A stretch of DNA of 64,000 nt from Somniosus microcephalus (GCA_052327205.1 JBMRGM010000043.1:30876001-30940000); one strand, 5' to 3'. Positions 50,501 to 62,928 are shown, numbered from the stretch's first letter. The notes: generated from the letters alone by a model not told the origin. Program-made: numbers and translations.

Positions 50501-51714
50501 TAAGCCTGGGCCGAATTTGTGAAATCTAAATCATTCTGTCTGCAAAGGTCGCTGCTAAACTTGCTCCACACCACTAAAGTAGCCCCTGATTAGTAATTTA
50601 AATCCCGACCATTATTTTAAAATTCAGTTGCCAGTTGTTTACAGAATAATAAAGAACATTGTAGTTTTGTTCCACCGAAAGATCATTGCAAATATGGGTG
50701 CAGTAGCTTCGTGGTTACATAACTGGATCAATAATCCAGAGGTCTCGACTAATGGTCCGAAGACATCAGTTCAAATCCCAGCACTGGCAGCTGGGGAAAG
50801 TAAACTCAGTTAATTAAATACATCTGGAATAAATAGCTCATAACAGTAATGGTGACCATGACACACTCTGGTTGTTGTAAAACCCAACTAATGTCCTCAA
50901 GGAAGGAAATTGGCTGTCCTTACCTGGTCTACCCTGTATGTGACTCCAGACTCACTAGCAATGAGGTTGACCCTTAACTGCCCCTAAAATGGCCGAGCAA
51001 GCCAATCAATTGTACCAAACTGCAAGAAAAGGCATTAACCCTATGGGAACACCTCCCCCTCCAAGTCACACACCATCCTGACTTGGAAGTATATTGCCAT
51101 TCCTTCATCGCTGCAGGGTCAAACTCCTGGAACTCACTCCCTACCAGCACTGTGGGAGCACCATCACAACACAGACTGCAGCGTTTCAAGAAGGCGGCTC
51201 GCCACCATCTTCTCAAGGGCAATTAGGAATGGGCAATAAATGCTGGCCTTGCCAGCGACGCCCACATCCCGTCAATGAATAAAAAATTATCATCGCTTGT
51301 TTAAATTTAGTCGGTGGTTTATTCATTGCTCGTTTCAATCCAACCATTTTATTTTGATTTTTAACTATAAAAGTAAATTAATAGAGGAATTATAAGTGAA
51401 ATTGTGTGAGCTCAGCCAGTTAATTGTCAGTAGTTTTGACCATACTGTAAATCGGGCAATATTGAATTGGCCATCCATTATCCATCTCTCCCGACTTCCC
51501 TTCCACTGAAATCACCACTGATTCTCTCTCGCCAGCTGTGCGCCACCACCTGAGACAATTTCAGCCCCATATTCTTTAATTCCAGGATAACAAGATTGGT
51601 CCCAGCGACTATTGTGTCACGTACGCCACAGTTAACCGCACAAACACTGAAGCTAGTTTGGAAGGACGTCCAATGGAAGAAGGCTGTGTCTACGAAAACC
51701 TTCCACGGAAATAA
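26532..51714 (+). CDS. Gene B: FCRL-like inhibitory receptor, ~576 aa if the two dead Ig exons are skipped (26532-26562, 28102-28146, 31617-31871, 33688-33954, 36355-36633, 37513-37800, 40584-40685, 41211-41241, 43242-43333, 44323-44379, 45159-45215, 45981-46046, 50082-50113, 51586-51714); otherwise a pseudogene
   Basis: The 14 exons join to an open 1731-nt frame: leader MIHICRLLTLSAGSCIVFTSISCNP, 4 Ig domains, TM and ITIM tail. Confidence 0.65.
27133..27295. repeat. Imperfect (GA)n microsatellite (paralogue ~56289-56430)
   Basis: Direct inspection. Confidence 0.85.
28102..28146 (+). CDS. Gene B leader exon S2 (SAGSCIVFTSISCNP)
   Basis: 45 nt, phase 1-1, ctAG / G|GTAAT; completes a plausible signal peptide; near-identical at 57233-57277. 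Confidence 0.65.
28330..28725 (+). mobile_element. tRNA-derived DeuSINE (SacSINE1-like), nested in an antisense CR1 tail; paralogue ~57460-57850
   Basis: GTGGCTCAGTG A-box head, ACTCCAGTGCAGTGCTGAGGGAG, core GGCAATATTTGTCCCTCAATCAACAT, tail GAAAGGCGCTATAGGAATGCAA. Confidence 0.75.
29690..31300 (+). mobile_element. CR1 fragments (decayed RT 29690-29940, antisense 3' end ~29945-30130, 3' fragment ~30250-31300)
   Basis: QGSVLG, KFAD, HLEYCVQFWSPYLRKD and VVNLWNSLP motifs plus tail. Confidence 0.85.
31617..31871 (+). CDS. Gene B N-terminal Ig exon (type F: HVPEVVL...EGETFYLQC...HWYKD...ASYQC)
   Basis: ctacAG / G|GTAGG, 255 nt, C-W-C Ig signature. Confidence 0.85.
33688..33954 (+). CDS. Gene B second Ig exon (type G: LTLEVNP...GDSIILKC...LWYRD...DTAPYRC)
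   Basis: ttttgcAG / A|GTTGG, 267 nt, C-W-C Ig signature. Confidence 0.85.
34743..35019 (+). pseudogene. Gene B dead Ig exon (type A)
   Basis: Homologous to 313-588/6376-6654, but the acceptor is AG>CG (34741-34742), a 1-nt deletion in a T-run removes the first Cys, and TAG/TGA stops lie near the second Cys. Confidence 0.85.
36355..36633 (+). CDS. Gene B Ig exon (type B)
   Basis: tatAG / C|GTGAG, open 279 nt, both Cys present. Confidence 0.88.
37513..37800 (+). CDS. Gene B Ig exon (type D)
   Basis: ttacAG / G|GTGAG, open 288 nt. Confidence 0.88.
39464..39753 (+). pseudogene. Gene B frameshifted membrane-proximal Ig exon (type E: VPAAGASL...LFLQC...FRWY / ...GGRYHCVATN...YIDVTVP)
   Basis: 290 nt (not a multiple of 3); in-frame TAG at 39586-39588 after WYS; the second half of the Ig domain is in another frame; donor T|GTAAC. 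Confidence 0.85.
40584..40685 (+). CDS. Gene B transmembrane exon (AQSHTTAITATVLPLFLIAALIALVFFKLRKQKQ)
   Basis: ttccAG / G|GTGAG, 102 nt. Confidence 0.88.
41211..41241 (+). CDS. Gene B cytoplasmic exon 1
   Basis: Same sequence and phases as 11582-11612. Confidence 0.8.
43242..43333 (+). CDS. Gene B cytoplasmic exon 2 (FEYAVV motif)
   Basis: cacAG / G|GTAAG, 92 nt, phase 2-1. Confidence 0.78.
44323..44379 (+). CDS. Gene B cytoplasmic exon 3a with ITIM IIYSVV
   Basis: ctgcAG / G|GTAAG, 57 nt. Confidence 0.8.
45159..45215 (+). CDS. Gene B cytoplasmic exon 3b, ITIM inactivated (ITHSLV)
   Basis: ctacAG / G|GTAAG, 57 nt; TAC>CAC at 45182-45184. Confidence 0.78.
45981..46046 (+). CDS. Gene B cytoplasmic exon 4 with ITIM LVYSEV
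   Basis: Paralogue of 15520-15585 with intact splice sites. Confidence 0.83.
46130..49790 (+). mobile_element. CR1 fragment cluster, paralogue of 15670-19670 with an internal deletion at ~48285
   Basis: MGDFN, KFADITKL, QHGFMEGK and KFADDTK motifs. Confidence 0.9.
50082..50113 (+). CDS. Gene B cytoplasmic exon 5 (DNDDGASGRKQ)
   Basis: Paralogue of 19959-19990. Confidence 0.8.
51586..51714 (+). CDS. Gene B last coding exon (DNKIGPSDYCVTYATVNR...GCVYENLPRK*)
   Basis: Phase-0 acceptor, ITIM VTYATV, YEN, TAA 51712-51714. Confidence 0.85.
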   Translation, partial: DNKIGPSDYCVTYATVNRTNTEASLEGRPMEEGCVYENLPRK

Positions 51715-54700
51715 GAGTGAAGCAGGATTAAAAAGCATGGATACAACAAGAAAACAGAATGGAGGCAACGACAATCAACTTGTGCTCTGTGCAAACTACC
51801 TGCCCTCAGGGACTTTAGTCTGAAGGCAGGTTAGGCCATTGTTCCTTGTGCAAGGCCTCCTAGGCACAGCGTTCCTGCCCGCCAGCCATTCAATTTATAC
51901 ATATGTTTTACTCTGACAGGACTTTATATCTCGAGGGATATCATGTCGCAAGCTTTGCAGCTGATATTTTGCACAGGGAACCTACGTGTGGCTTTGGTGG
52001 TGCTACGTGCAAGTCTATACAGTGTGTAAGAATATTGCACCGGAACGTACACCCAGGCTAGCCATGTTCTAATGCAATTAGTTAATGGATGCGTTTGGGG
52101 CTCTTGCTCTCTTGTTCCGCCAGTGTACTTGCATTCTTCCAAAACTGCAGAGGGAGATCAGTGGATCCCCTGGAGAAATTATGCAAATGCCCGAAGATGA
52201 TGGGAGAAATCCTGTAGCAATTTCTAGGGTCAATTTTATCTTAAGTCATGTTGTAAAATGAATGTTATCGAACTGACCACCTATGTGACCCCATGACCCC
52301 ATGACATATTTCCTTTTCCATTAACTTCAATGTAAAGTAAAACCGGGCATGCTGTATAATGGGAGCCTTGATTGATATCGTCCATTTGCCACTCTCGCCC
52401 AATATTCAAATTATTCCAATCTATATGAATGCCACAAAAAAACTGTGTATAGAGTAAGTGGTTACTGTTTAATCTTCATCAATTGGGAGTTTAGCATTGC
52501 ATTGGCAGAGCGCAGGGTAGAATATCTGGTGGGAAGGATGGCCCATTACTTGCCAAGCCCATCGAATTTTGCTTTCTTTCAACCTTCAAAAAGCAGGCCG
52601 TTCCGTTACCGGCATCCCTTGTGCCAAACTTTCCTTCCACGTTCCGGCAGTACAGACTGAACTTTACCTCACCACATATTAGTGCCAGATGCATAAGACA
52701 TAGCGTTTTGTAATGCTACATGGATGATGGGATTTTTAAAATTTACACGGAATTTAAAGCACAGTAACTGGCATTCTGCCCAAGTGGCCTGTGCTGGCGT
52801 TTATGTTCCACACGAGACTCTTCTCACCTTCCCTCATCTAATCCTATCAACATATCCATTTTGTAACATATAACATAAAAACATAAGAATTAGGAGCAGG
52901 AGTAGACCATATGGTCCCTCGAGGCTGCTCTGGCGTTCAGTAAGATCGTGGCAGATCTTCGACCTTAACTCCACTTGCCCGCCCGATTTCCATATCCCTT
53001 GTTTGAACTAGAATCCAAAAATCGATTTTATCTCAGCCTTGAATGTACTCAATGATTCTGCATACACACCAAATTGGGGAAGTGCATTACAAAGACTCAC
53101 AACCCTCTGAGTTAAGAAATTCCACCTCATGGCTGACCCCATAACCTCAGACTATGTCCCCGAGTTTTAGAATCTCCAGCCAGGGGAAACTGCCTCTCAA
53201 CATCTATCCTGTAAATCCCCCCAGAATCCTAGATCATCTCTCATTCTTCTAAATCCCAGTGAGTATGGTCCCAATCTACTCAATATGTCCTCTTCGGACA
53301 ACCCTCTCATCCCGGGAATCAATCTAGTGGACCCTCATTGAACCGCCTCTGTGATGGAGACCACAAAAGGACACAATACTCTAATGTGGTCCAACAACAT
53401 TTCTATACAAATTTAACATGGCTTCTCTCCTTTTCCATTCATTTCCTCTAGAAATGGACTCCAATACTTCGGTAGCAACTTGTTTTTCTAATTTTAATGA
53501 TTTGTGAATGTGCACCCCTGGATCCCTTGCTCCTCTACCCCATTTAGATTCTAATTTTTCGAGAATAATGTGGCTTCCTCATTCCTCGGACCAAAATTCA
53601 CAACCTAACTATGTTAAAATTCGCTTGCCATGTACACGCCCATTCAGCATGTTTATTAACGTCTTTTTGTATTTTATCGTGCTTCAACAATAACTGTTTT
53701 AATCGTTGAATAATAAATACAATTTTAAGAAATATTCCCTGTTGTTCACAGATTGACATCAAGTGTAAGTCTATTCAGAACGATTTCAACCAAACCTTCT
53801 GCTAATTCAATGCACAAATACAGTGGCTTTAGTTTGTATTTAGGGAATGACCATACGGTACTGCCTGGAGACTCCCTCCAAATGAGTGGGTAGGACAGGG
53901 GAGGGAAAATATATTTCTGATGTCTTTAACTCATATTCCGCTGCATATTTAAAATATATATATTTATTTTAATCACTAAATATTCTGGGATGCGGCACAA
54001 TACGAAAATGGAAACAATTAATTTTGATGATGGCGCCAAAACGATTAATCTCTTTTTCTAAAAGTTAGAGAAAGGAATAACAAAAATTCTGTTAGTTCCT
54101 TATGGGCATTCCATATATTGTTATAGCGCATTGTCGGTCTGTTTTATCTACCTATCGATCTATCTTTTTGTGTTAGATTTACTAATTATCTAACTATGTG
54201 TCTGTTTATTCATCGTCAGTATCACAAATAATCAAAGGCATGCAACAATAGGACAATTGAAGTTCCAATTATGGATTGTACCAGTAGAATAGTACAGGTA
54301 CTAACCATAGACTCTGTCAGTGGGACAGTATAATTGACAAACAAAGGCCTGTACGAGTAGGACAATAAAGTTTGAAAAAGACCTGCAGCAATAGGACAAT
54401 TTAAACAGTCATCAAAATATCTGATCTAGTATAGGTACTACTCATAGGCATGCACATATAGGACAGTATAACAAATGATTAGAGACATGCAGCAGTCGGA
54501 CATTATAGGCACTATTTATAGAGCTGTACCAGAAGGACAGTGAATGTACTGAGCATTGCCCGCCACCTGTAGGGCTATATATGTACTGATTACTAACTGC
54601 ACGAGTAGTAAATTAAAAATTCCTTATCCAGTGTCTCTTTATCGCTCCCAGTCATAGACAGACACCAATTGAACTGCGCAGATTCTAATTAGAGTTCGCC

Positions 54701-55671
54701 ACAATAGTAAAGAATTGGTATTTATTGGAGATCTGGGCAAAGAGGACAGTATCACTACCAATAGCTGAACTGTACTAGAAGTGCTATCTAAGCACTAATC
54801 ATATACATTCTGCAGTAGGAGAGTCGAGGCAGCAATCATAGACCTGCACCAGTAGGTGATATCTAGAGTGAGCCCGAGAGAGGAGCAATACTGTGCGACT
54901 CAAGGAGATGCCCCATATAAGCCTGGTATTAGGCTTCAGTAATTTGAGGTTCGAATCACCCATTTGCTAAACATTAATGACGAGATTGAACTCACGGGAT
55001 TTAAATGGTTAATTGTGCCAGAGTGTAACAGGTTCAGTGGTCCGATTTTTCGCTGGTATCAGCACTTCGCCTCCCTTCCCCCTCTAAAGTTGTACCAGGC
55101 CACATACACAGAGCTGGGGTGACCGCTTCCCTAAGCCTGTGAAAAAACAAGCCTTCAGCCTGGGGCCACAGAGCAGGCCAGTCTCTCTGTTAACGGTATA
55201 ACTGTGGTTAAAATAAATCATATTTAAAACAGTTTGAAGCGGTGTCTCCAGCATGGATGCCAACTGTTCGCTTCTGATCAGAATTCATTTTAAAACTGAC
55301 AAGGCTCAGTTAACTTTTCAGCGTTAGAGTGGACTCGTCATCACGTCCGGTTTGATTTCCTGTTGTCTCCAAAGTGGTCAGAAGTCAGACTGATCTCAGT
55401 GTGCAGTCGCCTGGTGCATGAACAGTGAGCTCCACAGCTGTAGACTGCTTCTTGGGGAACTCGCTCCAGCCGCTGTCTCCTCATTCCCCGTAAGTACAGA
55501 CTCGGGATCTGTGCGTGCAGGCGTTTGGTACTGAAGAATTAGAACAGTGTCAGCGGCTGAATGTGATTCTATGATATCACTTTTCAGGTGAACAGAACTG
55601 AAAACAGCTGATCCGAAGCGCGCGTCTTCACAGAGGGAGGTGGACTGCTGCTCGGATCCCCCGCATTCGAA

Positions 55672-58600
55672 ATGAAGCACATCTGTCGCCTTCTGATCTT
55701 CAGTAAGTGAATCTCAAATATTTCCAGTGCCTTTGAAAGTCAACGTCACTCACCCCTGACAGTTAATCAGATTAATAAGACTCATTCTGTGAGAGGGATC
55801 ATCACGCTATATTAATATTCAGAGATTATTAAGGTCAAACATTCATTTAAAATGCATTGAAATGTCATTTCTATGCTTCAGTTTTAATCAAAATTGAATG
55901 CAACAACAGAAATATGTTTGCTTAGTCAGGCTAACAGGATCTTTCTGCTCATCTAAGGGGATCCCTCTTTACTATTAAAGGTTGCAGCCCACTTAAGATT
56001 GCTTCTAAACGGTCCAATGTTCATTATTTTACCAATTATTTAGCATCACCTGCAGAATCTGGTTGGACATTTCTTATTGTTCTAGTTTTGCTTATGAGGA
56101 AAAAAAAAATTTATACGCTTCATATCAAGTATCAGCGTTGGCTCAGTTGACTCACTCTTACAAATTGCTATTAATACATGCGGTGAGATTTAAAGTGCCT
56201 GGCTTCTGTAGCTAGATGTTAAAATTAGTCCGTATCATTGCTTGATGATTCGAGATCCACAGGCAAGTTTCTTGTTAACATCTGCCACAGAGAGAGAGAG
56301 AAAGATAGAGAGCAAGAGAACGGCAGAGCGAGAGAGAGATAGGGACAGAGAGAGACAGATAGACAAAGATAGGAAGAAAGTAACAATCTAGATGTGCACG
56401 AGGGAGAGTGACAGAGAGAGTGAGAGCGAGGGCAGGAGTGGTTTTCAACTCAGCTTTTCACATTCACTATGAAGGGCTTATTTTATTTTCAGGTGTGAGG
56501 GACAAAATATATATTAGCGGGACGACATCCCTTGAGTTAACAAAGCTGAGGAGAACACATTTACTATGATTTTACTTGAGCTAAACTGACGGCTTTAGGG
56601 TGTTTGGCAGGGAAATTAAAAATGCTGGATCTTTAAAATTAATTTCTGATGCTGTTTACTGGAATTTAGAGATAATTGACTCTTTATGGCCACATGACTT
56701 TGAGGCTACCTTTGTGAGATGCTGACGTCAGCGCTCTATTGTCTTGTTACCCACTGGACCACAAGACCAGCAAACAGGAACAAATAACAGGGTTTGCATC
56801 TTTAATGTACCACCGACTCTTTCACCAGAATCTCATCTTTTTCAATAACTTGACATTAGTTGTGGGACCATGTTGATTAAATCTAGTTCGACAGATTAAT
56901 GAGGTAGAGCATAAAAGATGTGAAGTTAATCTCAAATTGATCATTCTTAAGCATATAATAGGCCCCATGATTTATTTGTTGCACAGCACATGAAACCCAC
57001 TTTTTGGAAATATTGGCCTAACTGAATGCTTGAAACATTCACCCTATTGAGTCCCAGCTGGACGAAAGTCCCAGCGTTTACATGTTGAACAATGAAATAC
57101 AGACACATCTGCACTGATCATTGACCCGTTTGCAATTATTTTTGCAAAGTTGCAGCGACAGGCATTGCCTTAATAGTGTGATTCCTGTGGTCTGAGGCGT
57201 GATAAAAGCTTTCTGCTGCTTTCTGCTTCTAGCTGCTGGGTCATGTATTGTCTTCACGAGTATCAGTTGCAACCCTGGCAATACTTGTAATTCTGATTAG
57301 GTTAAAGATGAGTTCACTGATAATAGGAACATAACAACAGGAGTAGGCCACTCAGCCCTTCGAGACAGCTCTGTCATTCAATTATATGATGGTTGATCTG
57401 TACCTCCACTCCAGTTAACCTACCTGGCTCAGTATCCATTGTTACCCTTACTCAACTAGTGTCAGCCGAGGCTCAGTGTATAGCATTCTCGCCTCTGAGT
57501 CAGAAGGGTCGTGGATTCCGTTCCTACTACAGGGACCTGAGCACAATCATCTAAGCTGATACTCCAGTGCAGTGCTGAGGGAGTGCTGCACTGTCGGATT
57601 GGCTGTCTTTCGGATGAGACGTTACAGTGAGGCCCCTTCCAGGGTGTTTATCCCTGATGCCCTGGGCAATAGTTGTCCATCAATGACGTAACAAGAACAG
57701 ATAATCTGCTCATTATCAACATCATTGTGTGAACATTGGCTGCCACATTCCTACAGTCACTTAACTTTCAAAGTCTTTCATTGGTTTTAAAACGCTTTCG
57801 GAAGTTCGGAGGTCTTGAAAGGTGCTATAGAAACGCAACTATTTCTTTCATTTTAATAAATAAATGATCGATCTCCATCTTTAAAGCACCAATTTACGTT
57901 CCTCTAAAGTCTCATCATCCTGTAACACATCATGTCCTTCATCCAATTGCCACTATTGTTCAATCTTTCTGAAGGTTCTTCCTTTGGAATTCGTGTCTTA
58001 GCTCTCTTGTCCCTCTCCTCCTTAACCCAGCATGTACAAGGGCCGACACAATCCCTGTTGTTCATGGCCCCAGCCAAAGCTGTCACACATTCACCAGTCA
58101 CTATTTCACCTTCATCTAGCCAACGGCCCATTCTAAGATGGATAATTCAACCTCCTCAAATTCCTTTCATTCTATGTCTTTTCCAAATTAATTTTTAATT
58201 AACTTTGCAAGCAGTTCTGCTAAACAAACTTCAAATTCTATCTGTAGAGATTATAATATGGTTATTAGTAACAATAGTCGAAACAAAGGTTGGGCCTTCA
58301 CTGTCCAAATTAACAAAGTCAAAACCCAAAATTACATACAACAGATATAGCAGGCCTGGCTGGGCGATCCTATGGACCCCTGTGTGGAATGTTTATGCCT
58401 CACCTAATCTAACCGATTAAATTCATTGTCTCAAATTATAATGCACGTTTTCCAGGAAAAGGAAACTTAATCAGTCACTCACTTCTCTCAAGCCGAAACA
58501 TACAGTCATGTAAACACAGTATTATTGGTGTAGCCATATACATTTTTAGCCACCCCTAGTTTCTAAAAGTGCTTTTCAGAATAGGTATGCATCTGGGCAA

Positions 58601-61426
58601 GGGGCAGAACAATAAGTTGCAGCATCACTCGTGGTTAGTGTGAGGAGGTGATGTGGCTTAAAGGATTTGTAATTCACTATATGGGAACAACTTAAAGGTT
58701 TCTGCACGTCTTTTCTGCATTAATGCATTTAATGTACGTTTGTAAATATTTAGAATTGAGATGACTGAATATATTTGCTGTTAAACAAAGCCAACTGTAC
58801 AACAATATTTACTACAACTTGCTGAATTTGGTCTCTTCCTATTTTATCCAGACAATTCTTCAAGAATTTCACAACTGGGGTAAGTCCGAGAATTTTTTAT
58901 ATAAATAAGACATCGTGATACCCCTGAATATTTCTGTATAGCTGAATTAAATGTTGTAAATGTTTGTGCGGTAGATTTTTAACTTGCTTTGAGCTTAAAT
59001 CTGGCATTGGTATCAACTGCCTATTATAGAAATCGTCTCATTGTATTTCATTTGAATTCAATGGGATTGAAAATCATTTGCTTTCTACAACCGGAGCCAG
59101 TTCCGCGATGCCACTTTTAAGCTGGGTGGCAAGTTGAAAATATGTCCCTTTGACTATAGGCATCAATAGTAGCTCGCACTCACACTATTATACTCTCTGC
59201 AGTCTGGAAGAAGTGATCTTTTTTCTAATTTATGTCAGTTGTACCTAAAGTTCCTAGCCTAAACTGAGTGAAATTCGCCCTGCATAGTTCAGTAAAAGGG
59301 ACAATTACAAATCGTTTTACAGTCCACACGAAATTAGATTCCAGTGACTTGTGAACGATTTTGTGAAGAAGACTTTATACCCCAAACTCTCCATCACTCA
59401 GTGAGCTTGGCCATTCTTCAATCCTCACATTTAATCATCATGTAAATCACAGGGAACTGAAGCATTCTCGGATTTAGTGTGCAGGGCGATTGTGCATGTA
59501 TTTAATTTTAGTAACATTCAAAGAGTGACTATCTCAGACAGTGCTCCATTTAACTGAACACGCTTTTCTGGATACAGTTCTAAATTTAGTAGCCTTGAAA
59601 CCTTTTGTTGGGAGCGAATATCTCGTCCCCTTGTGAATCCAGTCACAGATTGTTGGCCGACTCTACTATACTGGAACTCTTTCCACATGTGTTTCAACCT
59701 CTTACTGAAAGTTGCTTGAAATTCCGATATGCTTCCATGGCCCTCAATTTGAAACTGTAGTACAATCTTCTTGAGCTTCGGTATAAACACATATCTGTAT
59801 ACAAAATCACCAATCCACTCATTATCATAAATAGTTTTGCCAAAAACTTCTCACTCTTCTTTCAAGACTGCACTTTATCAAAATACTCTAACTCCTTTCA
59901 AGGCTCTGTCTCACAGGTTTTGGAACCAACCTTCTGACTCAGCTGTAATATTCAGGAAGAGTCTAGTATGTTTTTTTAAATGAAAATGATATAAAAATTG
60001 TACTCCCTGCGCCAGATGTGGGAAATCTGCTGGGCAGAACACAGAAAGGAAGATCTGGTGGGAAGGATCTCTTGCTGAAAGCAGCAATGCTTGATTTCTG
60101 TTCCATTAAGTACCGTGAATGGAAAATCTGGCGTGTTGTGTTAAGGATGTGTGAAACTCTGCACCACATTCTCCTCTTTGCGTTCCTTCAACATGATTCT
60201 TAAAAAAAATGGCAGGAAAAAACATTTTACCCCATGAACTTGCAAAAATACCAACTAACATTTTAAGGTGATCTCTCTTGATTTATAAGTTACACGGTTG
60301 TGATGTATCTCAATATTCTCTACACTTTCCTAATTCCCTTTCAACTCTGCACCCACAGTTTTTCCAAACAGATACCCAAATATCAAAGATACAATCTTCC
60401 ATTTATTCGGTATTGACATCTCCCTTCCATTTAGGACACAATCGTGTGAAGTTCATTTTATGGTGGAGTTGAAAACAGCTGCTAATGGATCGCTGGCCAC
60501 TTTTACCCACCGCCTGATTTTGTTTCCAAATTCAGCTGAAGTGTAAACCGAGTGGTTAATCCTCTACCGCCCGCTTTCTGCTGGACGGTAAAAGTGAATA
60601 CTAACATCAACTTTCCAACTTGCCGCTCCAGAATAAACTGGCATTATTGTCAGCCATCCATTAGAGATAGCGCCCGATTTTCCTTTGAATTAATTTCGAA
60701 TTTAGAATAATGCGGCGAGTGCTGTTACTGGGCTTCGATTCCTCCACCAGATTTTTCAATTCTGTACTTGTCCCAGTTGATTCTTACTGCCCAGGCGGTA
60801 ATGTCGATCATATACACACCTCCAGCTGTCACTCTTAACAGTTAACAATCTTCAACGATGAGCAGTATAACTTCATCTGGGGCCACAGCACACAGCGAGC
60901 ACTAGTGAAAATGTGTCGCTTTTTGGACTCCGCCGATTTGAATTTCCATAAATTATAATGGTTCAAAAATGATCTGGAGGACTTCTAAACGGACATCCAT
61001 TTCGCTACCTCTCGCTTTGAGCTGTCTTCAAGGACCAAATTCAACTCCAGTTAATCAAGTTGAGTGAACACTGGAAAATTTCAGTGAGATCATTCAGGAT
61101 CTGCTGAGACTAGGTCTTCAGACCCCTTGGGAGGAAAGTGCCAGAGCCCGGGCCCCTGTCTACCTTGAGCTTCTTCAACTTATCCAATTGATGTGGCCTT
61201 GCGATTTTAAAGAATTGTCTCTTGTAAACTGCTTGCTGATTTTTGACAATTAATCTACGATTTCATTTTATTTAAAAGTGATAGTTCCGTTGTTGGTGAT
61301 TATTGTTAACTTTAATCTCTGAAAACATATCTGCACCAAGGGAGACAACTAGAAACAGACCTCCAGGTGAAGAGAAGTCTGCAGACAATTCCGAGTATGC
61401 AGCTGTGGAATCAGCGCAAAGCACCG
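55672..61426 (+). pseudogene. Gene C: chimeric/truncated FCRL-like locus (S1 55672-55702, S2 57233-57277 with GC donor, tail exons 58852-58879 and 61341-61426 with ITIM SEYAAV); no Ig or TM exon; probably continues past the window
   Basis: Leader exons duplicate those of gene B; homology to the gene B intron ends at 57897; the next recognisable exons are divergent versions of cytoplasmic exons 1 and 2. Confidence 0.65.
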
Positions 61427-61805
61427 GTAAGCTCGACCTAATCTGCATGTGATGAACCGTAGATTGTTCGGGGTAACATTTCCAGCGGGAGCACTCTCAA
61501 TACTGTTATGGCTTCGGTGGAAGATCGGCGAAATCTCCAGACAGATGAGCCTTTCTGCAAGTTTTCAACCGAAATTCCACAGAAGTTACGACGAGGCTGT
61601 GGGAAAAGCCGCATAGAAATTCTATTTCCTCATCTGCGTACATTCAACACAATATAGCGTTAGATTTTCCCCTTCACCGTCTGGACTTTCAGCATCAATA
61701 TCTCTAACAATTTCTCAAAGTCTATGTCAAGTCTATTTCTATGTCTCTGCCTATGTCTATGTCTCTGTCTATCTCCAGCTCTATGCCGAAATCTATGTCT
61801 ACCTC

Positions 61806-62928
61806 AAAAAGAAAATACTGCAGCTGCTGGAAATCTGAAATAAGAACAGTAAATACTGGAGATACTCAGCAGGTCAGGCAGCATCTGTGAAGAGAGAAAC
61901 AGAGTTAACGTTTCAGGTCGATGACCTTTCATCAGAACTGGAAAAAAGCAGGAAACAGAACAGATTTATAAGCAAATGTAGGAGCTGGGAAAGGGGGGAG
62001 GGTATGAAAGAACAAAAGGGAAGGTCTGTGATAGGATAGAAGGCTGGAGAGGTTAAGAGACATTAAGAGATATTCAAGGCAAAAGGAATTCGTAATGGGG
62101 CAGGTTAAGGAATAAAGGATAGCTCTAGATGAAGTGTAAATTGCGCTGGCAGAATGAAAGACAGTTGCCATGTGTGAGGGAAGAACAGAAGGCACAAACA
62201 AAAAATGTGGATAAATCATATATATCTGATAGAGGCCGAGGTTATGTTCTGAAATTGTTGAACTCGATATTGAGTCCAGAAGGCTGCAAAGTGCCTAATC
62301 GGAAGATGCGGTGCTGTTCCTCGAGCTTACGTTGAGCTTCCATGGAACAATGCAAGAGGCCGAGGATGGTGAGGTCTGAGTGGAAATGGAGCGGTGAATT
62401 AAAGTGACAGGCGGCCGGAAGCTCGGGGTCACCCTTAAGGACTGAACAGAGGTGTTCCCCAAAGCGGTCACCCAATCTGTGTTTGGTCTCCCCAATGTAG
62501 ATGAGACCACATCGTGGGCAGTGAATACAGTATACTAAATTGCAGGAAGTACAAGTAAATCGCTGTTTCACCTGGAAGGGGTGTTTGGGGCCCTGGACAG
62601 TGGGAAGGGAGGAGGTAAAAGGGCATGTGTTGCAAATCCTGCACTTTCATGGGAAGGTGCCGGGTGAAGGGGAAGGGGTGTTGGGGTTGATACAGGAGTG
62701 GACAAGGGAGTCGGGGAGGGAGCCGTCCCTTCAGAATGCTGAAAGTGGAGGTGAGGGGGAAGATGTGTTTGGTGGTGGGATCACGCTGGAGGTGGTGGAC
62801 ATAGTGGAGGATGATCCGTTGAATGTGGAGGCTGGCGGTGAAAGGTGAGGACAAGTGGAACTCTATCGTGGTTCTGGGAGGGAGGGGCAGGGGTGAGGGC
62901 AGGAGTGCGGCAGTTAGAACGGACACGG
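61806..62928 (-). mobile_element. Penelope-like retroelement 3' fragment with a GIY-YIG endonuclease
   Basis: ORF 62242-62571: FTCTSCNLVYCIHCPRCGLIYIGETKHRLGDRFGEH...HFN...E...GLN; possible TSD TCTATGTC(T/A)ACCTC. Confidence 0.88.

Larger units (their letters stand above)
34343..57897 (+). repeat. Segmental duplication copy 2
   Basis: Colinear with 4858-28770; the match ends at ...ACCAATTTAC 57897. Confidence 0.9.

Noticed and set aside
58205-58420. Hydrophobic stretch (EIIIWLLVTIV) as the missing TM exon of gene C
   Set aside because: It is too short, has no similarity to the A/B TM exons and has no phase-compatible donor
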